Source: Deltaproteobacteria bacterium (GTDB taxonomy: Bacteria; Desulfobacterota; GWC2-55-46). From it: 64,000 nucleotides of DNA. This document shows positions 1-9,274 of the stretch, in pieces (within the stretch, counting starts at the first letter, position 1; the number at the start of each line of letters is the position of its first letter). The notes under the pieces were generated by a model. That model was not told where the DNA came from. It did no database searches and worked only from the letters and a program-made list of their open reading frames with translations. The position numbers were made by a program, and so were the translations under genes. The stretch is taken from positions 512,326 to 576,325 of the forward strand of contig JACOUO010000011.1 of NCBI GenBank assembly GCA_016177845.1, in the 5' to 3' direction.

Positions 1-2
1 GC

Positions 3-338
3 TATGAGCCTGCCGTTCACCAGTATTTCCATTGGTTCGCCTGCAAGCTTTTCAAGCTCTACAACAGAGCCCTGCCCGAGCTGAAGGAGGTCTTTCACGA
101 TCATCTTCGACCTGCCGATCTCAACCGCTATCGTTACCGGAATATCGAGTATCATGTCGAGGTTGCCGACAGACCCTGAGCTTTCGGCCCTGAGGGAACT
201 GAAGCTCGCGGGCCTTGAATTATCAGGCACGCTTGTCTTTGGAGCTGATTTCTGTGAAGTGGTCTGCTCCTCTGAAAAAGCCTCGCTCCACTGGTCGTCA
301 ATTGATTTATTTGTTGATGATTCCATTTCAGTGCTCAT
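3..338 (-). CDS. fliN: Flagellar motor switch protein FliN (3' end runs off window)
   Basis: Not in ORF track. Manual translation from ATG at 338: MSTEMESSTNKSIDDQWSEAF...NLDMILDIPVTIAVEIGRSKMIVKDLLQLGQGSVVELEKLAGEPMEILVNGRLIA (SpoA domain). Directly after fliM. Confidence 0.93.
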   Translation of the reverse strand, partial: MSTEMESSTNKSIDDQWSEAFSEEQTTSQKSAPKTSVPDNSRPASFSSLRAESSGSVGNLDMILDIPVTIAVEIGRSKMIVKDLLQLGQGSVVELEKLAGEPMEILVNGRLI

Positions 339-344
339 TGGCGC

Positions 345-1334
345 TTATCTCCTTTCAGTTATTGCTGATAAAATCTGCAATGCGTAGTGATTGTCTACCT
401 GGCCCGGCTTGGCAGTGAATTTTGAGATTCCTTCTACTTTCATCTCAAGCGGTTCTCTTGCCTTTCTGTTCAGCTGGATGACATCGCCTGCTTTAAGATT
501 GAGAAGCTCCGAAACATTTATCTGCGCCGTGCCTATCTCGCTTGATACCGTAAGCGGCACATAACCGAACTGTTCCCTGAAAAGTCCGCTCCAGTCCTTG
601 TCCTCTTCGTCTGCCTCTACCGCCTGCCCTCCGTAGAGCTTTTCCTTTATCGGCTCAAGAGTAGAATAAGGAAGGCAGAAGAAAAACCTATTTGATGCGG
701 ACTCGACTTCCATCCTGAAGGTGGAGACTATCACAGGCTCTGAATTGCCTACGATGTGTACGAACTGAGGGTTCATCTCCGACCTTGTCAGTTTGAATTC
801 AAGCGGGTGAACCGCCTTCCATACCTCGTTCATCTCATGGAAAATCACATCAACCACTTTTTTGATTACAGCCTGCTCTACATTGGTGAAATCCCTGCCC
901 TCTATCCTTGTATGGAACCTGCCGTCGCCTCCGAAGTAGCTGTCAACCAAAATAAATACAAGGCTCGGGTCTATAACAAGCATCCCCTGTCCCCTGAGTG
1001 GGAGAGGCTGGAAGACATTAAGGCTTGACGGGACCTGAAGATTTCTAAGGAACTCTTCGTATTTCATGGTCTTCACGCCTTCCGGGCTTACATCAACTGC
1101 TTTACGGAGGAGATTGAAAAGCGAGCTTCTCAGTGAGCGGCTGAACTTTTCATTGATCATATCAAGGGTCGGCATCTTGCCCCTGACTGTCCTCTCCTGC
1201 TTGGAGAAGTCATAGGGCTTTAAGGCTTCATCGATTATCTCTTCCTGCTTTTCAGCCTCTGTTTTGATATCGCCGTTGGACAGGCCCTTTAAGAGCGCGT
1301 CGACTTCAACCTGTGAAAGAATCTGTTCTGCCAT
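345..1334 (-). CDS. fliM: Flagellar motor switch protein FliM
   Basis: N-terminal CheY-binding ILSQVEVDALL, YDF motif, FGGDG, RDFTNVE, C-terminal SpoA domain. Confidence 0.97.
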   Translation of the reverse strand: MAEQILSQVEVDALLKGLSNGDIKTEAEKQEEIIDEALKPYDFSKQERTVRGKMPTLDMINEKFSRSLRSSLFNLLRKAVDVSPEGVKTMKYEEFLRNLQVPSSLNVFQPLPLRGQGMLVIDPSLVFILVDSYFGGDGRFHTRIEGRDFTNVEQAVIKKVVDVIFHEMNEVWKAVHPLEFKLTRSEMNPQFVHIVGNSEPVIVSTFRMEVESASNRFFFCLPYSTLEPIKEKLYGGQAVEADEEDKDWSGLFREQFGYVPLTVSSEIGTAQINVSELLNLKAGDVIQLNRKAREPLEMKVEGISKFTAKPGQVDNHYALQILSAITERR

Positions 1335-1364
1335 CTATCTTCTCCTGGCTCCGTAAGTGCCGGC

Positions 1365-1886
1365 CTACTGTATTACGAACTCTGTAAAAAAGGCTGTCTT
1401 GACCTTTGTCTTTGTAAGGAACTGATTGACCCTTGAGATTATCTCGTCCCTCATCTGATATTTCCCTTCAACAGTGCCTATATCAGAATAGCTTTTGCTG
1501 CTCAGAAGTATTATGAGAGAGTCCCTTATCTGCGGGGCCTGATTTATAAGCTCGGATGTTGATGAATTCGGCGGCAGCTCAAGATTGACCGTAAGTTTCA
1601 GGTATCTTGTGCCCGAGTTATCCTGAAGATTTACGATAAAAGGCTCAAGGCTGAATATCGAGCCCGCAGCCGGAGTCTTAGCGTCCCCATGCCCGCCTTC
1701 TGCCGCGGGTTCCTCGGCCTCAGCTGCTGCCTCGCCGTGCGGGGCTGAAGACTTCTTCATAAATAAGAAGCCCCCGACTCCAAGCCCTATCAGAACCACA
1801 GCTATGATTCCGATGAGGAGCCCTTTTTTCTTTTTGGGCGGCTGCGGAGCTTCTTCCTTTTTTGTATCTTTCTCTTCTGCTGCCAT
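1365..1886 (-). CDS. fliL: Flagellar basal body-associated protein FliL
   Basis: Single N-terminal TM, FIVNL...RYLK, IRD, C-terminal FTEFVIQ. Confidence 0.95.
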   Translation of the reverse strand: MAAEEKDTKKEEAPQPPKKKKGLLIGIIAVVLIGLGVGGFLFMKKSSAPHGEAAAEAEEPAAEGGHGDAKTPAAGSIFSLEPFIVNLQDNSGTRYLKLTVNLELPPNSSTSELINQAPQIRDSLIILLSSKSYSDIGTVEGKYQMRDEIISRVNQFLTKTKVKTAFFTEFVIQ

Positions 1887-1948
1887 ATTGCTTCCTCCTT
1901 AAGATGCCTTTAAACCCATATGGATTAGTTTGGGTTGCAACCTAAGTT

Positions 1949-1964
1949 TGCAATAGCCGTGCCA
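1949..1964 (-). promoter_or_regulatory. sigma54 (-24/-12) promoter of fliL-fliM-fliN
   Basis: Minus strand TGGCACGGCTATTGCA matches TGGCACG-N4-TTGC, about 60 bp upstream of fliL. Confidence 0.9.
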
Positions 1965-2093
1965 GAGATAAAAAGCTTTAAAAAAGCCAGCTAACTATCT
2001 GAATAAATTATGAAAATCAAAAACTACTCAGACACTTGTTCAGGAAAGCAGACACTTGAACTTGATTAAAGTCAAAGGTTTGGATGTAAGGGC

Positions 2094-2107
2094 GTCATTA
2101 ATATGAC
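2094..2107. promoter_or_regulatory. FleQ-type enhancer palindrome GTCA-N6-TGAC
   Basis: GTCATTAATATGAC about 130 bp upstream of the fliL sigma54 promoter; partial copy GTCAAAGGTTTGGA at 2071-2084. Confidence 0.65.
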
Positions 2108-2110
2108 TGT

Positions 2111-2154
2111 AAAAAGGAAGAACGGGGCCGGCAATGCTGCGCCAAGCCCCGTTC
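2111..2154 (-). terminator. Intrinsic terminator after flgE
   Basis: GAACGGGGC...GCCCCGTTC stem followed by TTCCTTTTT on minus strand. Confidence 0.75.
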
Positions 2155-2173
2155 AGGAGGAGGTTAGTTCAGA

Positions 2174-3835
2174 TTAACGCTTAAGCTGTGAAAGTTCGGC
2201 AAGAAGCTCATCTGTTGTAGTGATTACCTTTGAGTTAGCCTGGAAGCCTCTCTGGGCAGTGATCATATCAACAAATTCCTGGGCAAGGTCGACATTTGAA
2301 AGCTCAAGGGTGCTTGCCTGTACCAGGCCCCTTCCTGAGCTGCCGGGCGCGCCGATCAAGGGCTGGCCTGAGTCATATGTTTCCTTGTAGAGGTTCATGC
2401 CCGCGCTTGACAGACCTACCGGGCTTGCGAAGTCAGCCAAAAGGACTTGACCGAGCGTAAGGTCCTTTCCGTTTGAGAAAATACCGCTGATAACGCCGTC
2501 CTGGTCAACCCCCATCCTCTGAAGAGTGCCTGATGAGTAACCGTCCTGCGTAAGGGCTGAGATGCCTGAAGTTGTTCCGTACTGTGTTGTGCCGTCAGTG
2601 CCTGTGCCTGCCTGTGCGATACTGTTGCCGAAATCGAATGAGATTATCTGGCTCTGAAGCGCGCCTCCGGTAAAATTAAATCCGCCGTAAGGGTATGTAA
2701 CTCCTGTTTCAGAGTAAAGCGCTCCGCTTGTATTAAAGGATATCGTGCCTTTAGCCTGTATCTCGGTTGCTCCGCTTGTGGTGTCAGTGCCGTCGACTAC
2801 GGCGTACCAGTCCCAGTTATTTCCTACAGAGCCGAGGGAATCCTTCCTGAAGTACAAGGTCACAACATGGTCATTTCCAAGTGAGTCATATACTGTGACA
2901 GGGGTTGAGAAATTCGATGTATCTCCCGCTTTTCCAAGGAAAAAATCACCTGCTGCCACATCGCTTGCATTGCTTGAGCCTGCGGCTATGGCCCCTGAGC
3001 TTACTGCGTTATGCCCGAGAATGGTTGATGCGGTTGAAAGCGGGCTGCTCCAGTCAAGAACAAGCGTTCCGGCGTTGCCGGTGTTATTGGTTACGGAGAA
3101 AAGACCTGTCTGGTCGTCATAACTTACATCATAGGTATCAGTGTTGCCGTTCCTGGCTTCAAGCGCTGACTTAATCGAGGCGGCTATGGAACTTCCTGAA
3201 TATGCGCTGCCTGAAGAAAGGCCTCCGTCAGAGACGAGGCTTGCGTTGAACCATGTCGTGCCGCCGTCTACGCTGAAGTTAATGGCGTCATTTGTCCCTG
3301 ATGTAATAACAAAGCCGGGAATTGAGGCATTCGAGTCAAGGCTTGCGGTAAGCGTTGCGTTTGTTGTGGCATTGGGGGCTATTGTCTTGGTTGTAAGCTG
3401 AAGGTCCTGAACCGTATTCTGGAGGGCCCCTGCGGAATTTGCCATGTAACCCTGAAGCCTTAAGCCTTCGGGATTTGTGATATAGCCGTCCTTGTCTGTT
3501 GTAAACTGGCCTGCCCTTGAATAATATGTTGAATTAAGGACCGGGTCTTTTACCATGTAAAAGCCGCTTCCGCTTATTGCCATGTCAAGGGAGTTACCTG
3601 TTGTCTCAAAGGCCCCCTGGCTGAATATCTTCTGTATGCTGCTCATCTTTACGCCGAGGCCTATCTGATTGGTGCCTGTGCCGCCTGAGAGGGTCTGGCT
3701 CAAGACATCATCAAATATTACCCTGCTGCCTTTAAATCCTACCGTGTTCACATTCGCTATATTGTTGCCTACTACCGAGAGCTTTGACATATTGGCGTTA
3801 AGGCCGCTGATACCTGTGTATAAAGATGACTGCAT
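2174..3835 (-). CDS. flgE: Flagellar hook protein FlgE
   Basis: GNNIANVNTVGFK, YSRAGQF, VYDSLG, LELSNVDLAQEFVDMITAQRGFQANSK. Confidence 0.97.
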   Translation of the reverse strand: MQSSLYTGISGLNANMSKLSVVGNNIANVNTVGFKGSRVIFDDVLSQTLSGGTGTNQIGLGVKMSSIQKIFSQGAFETTGNSLDMAISGSGFYMVKDPVLNSTYYSRAGQFTTDKDGYITNPEGLRLQGYMANSAGALQNTVQDLQLTTKTIAPNATTNATLTASLDSNASIPGFVITSGTNDAINFSVDGGTTWFNASLVSDGGLSSGSAYSGSSIAASIKSALEARNGNTDTYDVSYDDQTGLFSVTNNTGNAGTLVLDWSSPLSTASTILGHNAVSSGAIAAGSSNASDVAAGDFFLGKAGDTSNFSTPVTVYDSLGNDHVVTLYFRKDSLGSVGNNWDWYAVVDGTDTTSGATEIQAKGTISFNTSGALYSETGVTYPYGGFNFTGGALQSQIISFDFGNSIAQAGTGTDGTTQYGTTSGISALTQDGYSSGTLQRMGVDQDGVISGIFSNGKDLTLGQVLLADFASPVGLSSAGMNLYKETYDSGQPLIGAPGSSGRGLVQASTLELSNVDLAQEFVDMITAQRGFQANSKVITTTDELLAELSQLKR

Positions 3836-3857
3836 GAGATTATATCCTCCTCTATCC

Positions 3858-4505
3858 TTAATAGATTTCTTTTATTTTATCCTGTGTGATTGTCGAGCCG
3901 CCTACAAGTAAGCTGGCTGAGCCTGAATCAAAGCTCACGCTTGAGGCTGTGCCCCTTATGTAGGTCGTTGTATCTACCGCATTATTTACGGAATCTTTTG
4001 CGTTCACGCTGAATGTGTACCTGCCGTTTGCCGCCGGATTACCGCTGAAATCCTTTCCGTCCCATGCTGCCTCATAGTCCCCTTTTTTGCTTGAACCGAG
4101 GTCGATTGAATTTACAAGCTTACCCTTCGGGTCATATACTGATATGGAAAGCGAATCCGCGTCTTCCGCGACCGTGAAAGGCAGATTTACGGGACTGCCT
4201 GAGTAATCAAACTCATTGCCCTCTGCTTTTATGTTCCTGCCTATAAGGTTGGCTGTTGAGTAATTCTGCAGGGAAGTTATGCTTCCTGTAGCTGATTCCA
4301 TTGTAGTATTAAGATTTGTTATGCCTTCAAGCGAACTGAACTGGGCCAACTGAGCTACAAACTGGGTATTATCAGTAGGCTCAAGAGGGTCCTGGTTCTC
4401 AAGCTGGGCTACGAGGAGCTTAAGAAAATCGTCTTTGCCCATGGTCTGGCTTGAGGCCGAACTTGTCAAAGCGCTTGAAGTTGTCGAATTTACGCTGTCT
4501 ATCAT
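3858..4505 (-). CDS. flgD: Flagellar hook capping protein FlgD
   Basis: GKDDFLKLLVAQLENQDPLEP...QLAQFSSLE, WDGKD Ig-like domain. Confidence 0.96.
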   Translation of the reverse strand: MIDSVNSTTSSALTSSASSQTMGKDDFLKLLVAQLENQDPLEPTDNTQFVAQLAQFSSLEGITNLNTTMESATGSITSLQNYSTANLIGRNIKAEGNEFDYSGSPVNLPFTVAEDADSLSISVYDPKGKLVNSIDLGSSKKGDYEAAWDGKDFSGNPAANGRYTFSVNAKDSVNNAVDTTTYIRGTASSVSFDSGSASLLVGGSTITQDKIKEIY

Positions 4506-4525
4506 CAGATGAACTCCTTTCAGGC

Positions 4526-5941
4526 TTAAATGAAAATGTCCACGCCGTTTTGCAGGCTGCGGTTTACTCCGTACTGCCTTATGTTCTCAGGCTCAATGCC
4601 CGCCTCTTCCTTACCGTAATTGAAAGCGGCCTGTCCTTTAAAGTTCCCTGCCCTCTCCCATTCATTGCCTGATGACCTGTTGTCAGACATCTGAAAGCCC
4701 TGCTGGTTTACTTCGACCGTGTATTTCTCAAGGTTCATCCCGTTCTGGGTGAATATTTCCTTGACCTTCGCAGAGTCAGCCTCAAGAATGGATTTTACTG
4801 AGGCGTTATCGACCATAATCTCGGCCTTTACGATATTCTCCTCAACATTCATCTTTATGCGAAGCTCTCCAAGATGTTCAGGGTGTAGGCTTAACTTCAC
4901 TTCCTTGCCGCTCTGGGCAAGGCTCATCTTAAGCCCCTTGTCAAACTTCTCATATACCTCTGTGCTGACCTCATTTGAATGAATTGCCTGAGACTTAGGC
5001 TGCACTGCTGTAACGGTCTTTTCACCATTGGTATTATTGACTGCGGAAAACGCATCTTTAGGCATTGCGTCAGATGTTTTGGGCTCTGATTTTATCTCTG
5101 TATCGCTGACACTGAATTCAGGCGCCTTCTCATTCATTTTCACGGACTGCTCTGCCTGGGTGGCTGCATTTTCGCCCTGATCAAAAGAAGTCTCTGAATC
5201 TTTATTTTCAGGTGCGCCTGCTATCTTTTTCTCCACAGGCTCTGTTGAAAATTCTTTTGTTTTTACTTCTGTTTCAGTTCCTTTTTTAGAATTGTTTTCA
5301 ACTTTTATCTCAGGCAATTCGACAGCCTGCTCTGAGGCCAACACACTATTTCCAGTTTCTTTAAGCGCTTTGTCTTCACCAGATAAATCTGCTGTAGAAA
5401 GTTCTGTTTTTGTATTCAGGCTAAAGCCTGTTACTTCAGGAATTGGAAACCCTGTAATATCCTCCTGAGGCATATTGGCGGGAGCCTTTAAATCGTTCTC
5501 AGGTTTCATATCAACTCCCTTGAGATCTCCCAAAGGTGTCCTGGAAATTTTTATACTATTATCAATCTGATTTACCGGAGGCAGGAACAGGATAAGGGCG
5601 TTTGCGGTTTCACCTTCGTCGCCTTTTTTATCCTCTGCCTCTGTTCCTGAATCTGCATTAAGCTTTTGCTCTGCCTCAGTCTCTCCCGCAGTCATTTCAG
5701 TCAGAAGAGTGCCTTCGAGAACTGCCTGATTCGTCTTTGTGCCCTGTTTAACTTCATCTTCTGCCGCGGCAGCCTTAAGCGCAATCTCAATGGTTATGCC
5801 GGTTTTCATGCCAGCTTCGGATATCGCATTCCCGATAACATCGGAGAACTTCTCATCAGTGTTGTTTTTAACATTGTTCTCTGAGGTTTTGGCCTCTTTA
5901 GCAGTCTGCGGTTTTGCCGGTTCGAAAAAACTCACTTCCAT
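4526..5941 (-). CDS. fliK: Flagellar hook-length control protein FliK
   Basis: Low-complexity N-terminus plus C-terminal LSLHPEHLGELRIKM domain, upstream of flgD. ATG 5941 preferred over 5962 because it follows AGAAGGTGG. Confidence 0.9.
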   Translation of the reverse strand: MEVSFFEPAKPQTAKEAKTSENNVKNNTDEKFSDVIGNAISEAGMKTGITIEIALKAAAAEDEVKQGTKTNQAVLEGTLLTEMTAGETEAEQKLNADSGTEAEDKKGDEGETANALILFLPPVNQIDNSIKISRTPLGDLKGVDMKPENDLKAPANMPQEDITGFPIPEVTGFSLNTKTELSTADLSGEDKALKETGNSVLASEQAVELPEIKVENNSKKGTETEVKTKEFSTEPVEKKIAGAPENKDSETSFDQGENAATQAEQSVKMNEKAPEFSVSDTEIKSEPKTSDAMPKDAFSAVNNTNGEKTVTAVQPKSQAIHSNEVSTEVYEKFDKGLKMSLAQSGKEVKLSLHPEHLGELRIKMNVEENIVKAEIMVDNASVKSILEADSAKVKEIFTQNGMNLEKYTVEVNQQGFQMSDNRSSGNEWERAGNFKGQAAFNYGKEEAGIEPENIRQYGVNRSLQNGVDIFI

Positions 5942-5986
5942 ATCCACCTTCTTTAAAATCATGTAATACTGTCAGGCATATTAAAT

Positions 5987-6002
5987 AGCAATACCCGTGC
6001 CA
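5987..6002 (-). promoter_or_regulatory. sigma54 promoter of fliK-flgD-flgE
   Basis: Minus strand TGGCACGGGTATTGCT. Confidence 0.9.
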
Positions 6003-6029
6003 AGTCTCCTATTTTGAAATATCTTATAT

Positions 6030-6042
6030 AATCAACTACTTA
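6030..6042 (+). promoter_or_regulatory. IHF binding site
   Basis: AATCAACTACTTA is an exact WATCAANNNNTTR match, lying between the sigma54 promoter and the upstream enhancer. Confidence 0.65.
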
Positions 6043-6088
6043 CAAACACCATCATAGACAGAGTGATTCATGGTGTCTTTTCAAGGAA

Positions 6089-6122
6089 GGCAAAATTTTC
6101 CCCTTCAGAGAAGTTTTTTCCC
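6089..6122. promoter_or_regulatory. Tandem enhancer sites (GGCA-N6-T[CG]CC class) for fliK promoter
   Basis: GGCAAAATTTTCCC (6089-6102) and AGAAGTTTTTTCCC (6109-6122), 20 bp apart, same arrangement as upstream of flgB. Confidence 0.55.
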
Positions 6123-6325
6123 GTTCTCAGAAATACGGCAGTAACGGTTCAATTTACGGGTGAAGAGCCGAAATAAAATACGGGAATAATTCATCCCCGA
6201 AGAATGCGCTTTGGAAACAAGATTATTTTAAAACTGCTTATTTTGGGGTTTGATAAGGAGGCGCAGGGCGCTGGCGGGGCGCCCTGCTTGCTTTGTGGCG
6301 GGTACTGCTGGAGGTAGAGCAACTA

Positions 6326-6868
6326 TCAATTCTTTATCTTCAGGGACTTGCTGAGCTTTACTGATTTATCAAGTTCAACAAGGCCGAGTATCTTTGCTGC
6401 CTTCTTTTCGCTCAGAGATGAGAGGATAAGCACTGCCATATCCTCATCGAGTTTTTCTATCCTTGTTGCCGCCTCTTCAGGGGCCATTGTTCCGTAAATC
6501 TTTACTATCCTCTTGACCCTCTCGTCATTGACTTCGTCAATCTTCTTTGTAAAAGCCTCTATCCTGCCGTGGATTGAATTAAGCTCCGCTATTCTGGAGT
6601 CTATATCGCTCTTTATCACAAGAAGCCTTTCTTCCTTGACCCTCAGTTCCTCTTCCTTTGCGTCAAGCTCCTTCTGCCTTCTGTTTAAAGCAGCAATAAG
6701 GCCTTTCTCGTTTTCAGCCTGCGTATCAGATACCGGCGGCTTTACCTTTACCTCAGCCGGTGTTTCAGCCAAAACAGACTTGGCCTTGAACACATCCCAG
6801 CCAAATGTGAACCATATGGCTATAAGAATCATCTTTACCGCGAAAAGGATTAAAAGCTTGGTTCTCAT
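6326..6868 (-). CDS. MotE/YlxF/FlbB-like flagellar protein (TM, coiled coil, MgtE_N-like domain)
   Basis: KIYGTMAPEEAA...KKAAKIL motif; position after fliJ. Confidence 0.8.
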   Translation of the reverse strand: MRTKLLILFAVKMILIAIWFTFGWDVFKAKSVLAETPAEVKVKPPVSDTQAENEKGLIAALNRRQKELDAKEEELRVKEERLLVIKSDIDSRIAELNSIHGRIEAFTKKIDEVNDERVKRIVKIYGTMAPEEAATRIEKLDEDMAVLILSSLSEKKAAKILGLVELDKSVKLSKSLKIKN

Positions 6869-7311
6869 ACTCCGCTCCGTTTAAACCTGCTTGTCACAAG
6901 GTCGTCGTTTGTCTTCTGCTCTTCCTTGTTAAGTGCGTGGTTATAAATATCGAGGTGTTTTTCCTTTATTACTTCTATAACCTTGGTGCTTTTTGTTGAT
7001 TCAAGAAGCTCTGACCTCTTTTTTTCAAAAGCGGCCCTGACGCTGTTTATGATAATCCCCTGTTGGTCAATATGCCTTTTAAGCCCTGCTATATAATCAT
7101 AATAAAGGTGAAGGTCTTTGACCTCCTCGGACCTTTCTTTCATATCATCGATCTCGTTGCAGGATTTCCTGTGTAAATCCTTAAGGGCCTGTAGCTTTGT
7201 TTCCTCTTCTTCGAGCTTCTTTGAGGCCTCTCCGAATTCCTTCTGACAAAGTTCCTGAAGCCTCTGCCTGTACTCATATAACGGTTCAAGTTTGAAAACG
7301 AATTTATTCAT
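6865..7311 (-). CDS. fliJ: Flagellar export protein FliJ
   Basis: FVFKLEPLYEYR start, EEQKTNDD end, coiled coil, follows fliI. Confidence 0.88.
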   Translation of the reverse strand: MNKFVFKLEPLYEYRQRLQELCQKEFGEASKKLEEEETKLQALKDLHRKSCNEIDDMKERSEEVKDLHLYYDYIAGLKRHIDQQGIIINSVRAAFEKKRSELLESTKSTKVIEVIKEKHLDIYNHALNKEEQKTNDDLVTSRFKRSGV

Positions 7312-7317
7312 ACGGCC

Positions 7318-8643
7318 TTAAACGGGAAGCCCGAAAAGCTGCTGCAGGCTGTCTTCGTAATTTACTCCTTCAGTCACATCCTGTCTTAAAAAACTGTTCA
7401 CCTTATCGATTACCTTTATGGCGTGGTCGACCCTGGGGTCGCTGCCTTCCTTGTAAGCTCCTATGCTGACGATATCATACGCCTTCTTGTATGTTGCAAG
7501 CACTGACCTCAGCTTCATCGCGAACTGCCTGTGCTCAGGCGTCACGATGTCTATCATCACCCTGCTTACGCTTGTGAGTATGTCTATGGCAGGGTAATGG
7601 CCCTGAGCCGCCAAATCCCTTGTAAGCACAATGTGCCCGTCGATTATTGAGCGGACGCAGTCCGCAACAGGGTCGTTCACATCATCGCCTTCAGCGAGTA
7701 TCGTATAAAACCCGGTAATGCTTCCGCTCCCGCTCGAAGTCCCTGCCCTTTCAAGCAGCCTTGGGAGCATCGCAAATACAGAGGGCGGATAACCCTTTGT
7801 CGCGGGAGGCTCTCCTACAGCGAGCCCCACTTCCCTCTGCGCCATCGCAAATCTTGAAATGGAGTCCATCATCAAAAGCACATCACAGCCTATATCCCTG
7901 AAATACTCGGCAATGGCGGTAGCCATCAAGGACGCCCTCATTCTGATAAGCGGGGGCTGGTCTGAAGTTGCCACTATCAGGACAGACCTTTTAAGTCCCT
8001 CTTCGCCAAGGTCTTTCTCTATGAATTCCTTTACTTCCCTGCCGCGCTCTCCGATAAGCGCAATGACATTGACATCGGCTTCAGTGTTCCTTGCCATCAT
8101 GCCCATGAGCACGCTTTTGCCCACGCCGCTGCCTGCGAAGATGCCGACCCTCTGCCCCTTACCGACTGAAAGAACAGAGTTGATTGCCTTTATGCCTACA
8201 TTCAACGGCTTCTCTATCCTCTTGCGTGACAAAGGGCTTGGAGGCGCCGCGTAAAGCGGATATTCCTTTTCCACTTCAACAGGCCCGAGCCCGTCCATAG
8301 GGTTGCCAAGCCCGTCAAGCGTGCGTCCGAGCAGTTTTCTGCCCACTCCCACAGCCGCGCTATTTCTTTTGGCTACAATTTTGCTTCCCGGCCCTATGCC
8401 CCTTACTTCGCCAAGCGGCATAAGCAGTATCTTGTCATCGGCAAACCCCACCACTTCGCACTGAATGGGACTGCCGTTATCCTTCGGGTACACATGGCAG
8501 AACTCTCCGACTGATGCGCCTGGGCCTAAGCCTTCCATAACAAGGCCTACTATCCTTGTTATCCTGCCGTTCACCTTCAGCGGATTGCACTGCTCAACTG
8601 CCTTTGTGTATTTATTTAAAGATACGGCAAGCTCTCTATGCAT
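7318..8643 (-). CDS. fliI: Flagellar export ATPase FliI
   Basis: GIFAGSGVGKS, LIGERGREV, GEPPATKGYPPS, DGHIVL. Confidence 0.97.
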   Translation of the reverse strand: MHRELAVSLNKYTKAVEQCNPLKVNGRITRIVGLVMEGLGPGASVGEFCHVYPKDNGSPIQCEVVGFADDKILLMPLGEVRGIGPGSKIVAKRNSAAVGVGRKLLGRTLDGLGNPMDGLGPVEVEKEYPLYAAPPSPLSRKRIEKPLNVGIKAINSVLSVGKGQRVGIFAGSGVGKSVLMGMMARNTEADVNVIALIGERGREVKEFIEKDLGEEGLKRSVLIVATSDQPPLIRMRASLMATAIAEYFRDIGCDVLLMMDSISRFAMAQREVGLAVGEPPATKGYPPSVFAMLPRLLERAGTSSGSGSITGFYTILAEGDDVNDPVADCVRSIIDGHIVLTRDLAAQGHYPAIDILTSVSRVMIDIVTPEHRQFAMKLRSVLATYKKAYDIVSIGAYKEGSDPRVDHAIKVIDKVNSFLRQDVTEGVNYEDSLQQLFGLPV

Positions 8644-9274
8644 TTCTGAGCCTTCCCTCTACCTCTTCCATCATCGATGTGATGGTAGCGTCTATCTCGC
8701 CGTAATTCGTATCTATGAGGCAGCCGCCTCTGGAAAGATTATCATTCTCTTCGATGGTTATTCCTTTAAGCCCGTCAACATGCTTGAGCAGCTCTGCCTT
8801 GTGCTGCTGAAGTATCTCAAAGTCCTTCGGGTTCACCTTAACGGTTATCTCCCCTCCTCCGACAACTGCCTTAAGAGCGGTCCTGACACAATCAAGCACT
8901 AACTCTTGCCTCTGTTCGGTCTCGTTCTGGATAACTTTTTTCGCAATCGCAAGGCTAAGCTCAACAATTTCTTTCTCTGAGCTTTTATAAAGCGTCTCCT
9001 TAAAAGAACCGAGCTCGCTTATTATATTGGAAAGGCCGCTGAAGAGCGCCTCTGCCTTTTGCCTGCCGAACTCAAAGCCTGCCTTCTCACCTGCGCTGAA
9101 ACCTGTTTCATAGGCGAGCCTCTCGATTGCCTCGATATCGGTGCCTACCTTTTCAGGCTGGGTTTCCATCTCGATATCCTCTTCGATTACAAATGCCTCG
9201 CCGAGGCTTTCCAATATAAACGGTTCGGCATTGACTGAAACGGTTGTATGCTTAAATATTCTAGATAAGGACAT
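8636..9274 (-). CDS. fliH: Flagellar assembly protein FliH
   Basis: AYETGFSAGEKAG GxxxG repeats, VNPKD, GGCLIDTNYGEIDA; between fliG and fliI. Confidence 0.92.
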   Translation of the reverse strand: MSLSRIFKHTTVSVNAEPFILESLGEAFVIEEDIEMETQPEKVGTDIEAIERLAYETGFSAGEKAGFEFGRQKAEALFSGLSNIISELGSFKETLYKSSEKEIVELSLAIAKKVIQNETEQRQELVLDCVRTALKAVVGGGEITVKVNPKDFEILQQHKAELLKHVDGLKGITIEENDNLSRGGCLIDTNYGEIDATITSMMEEVEGRLRNA

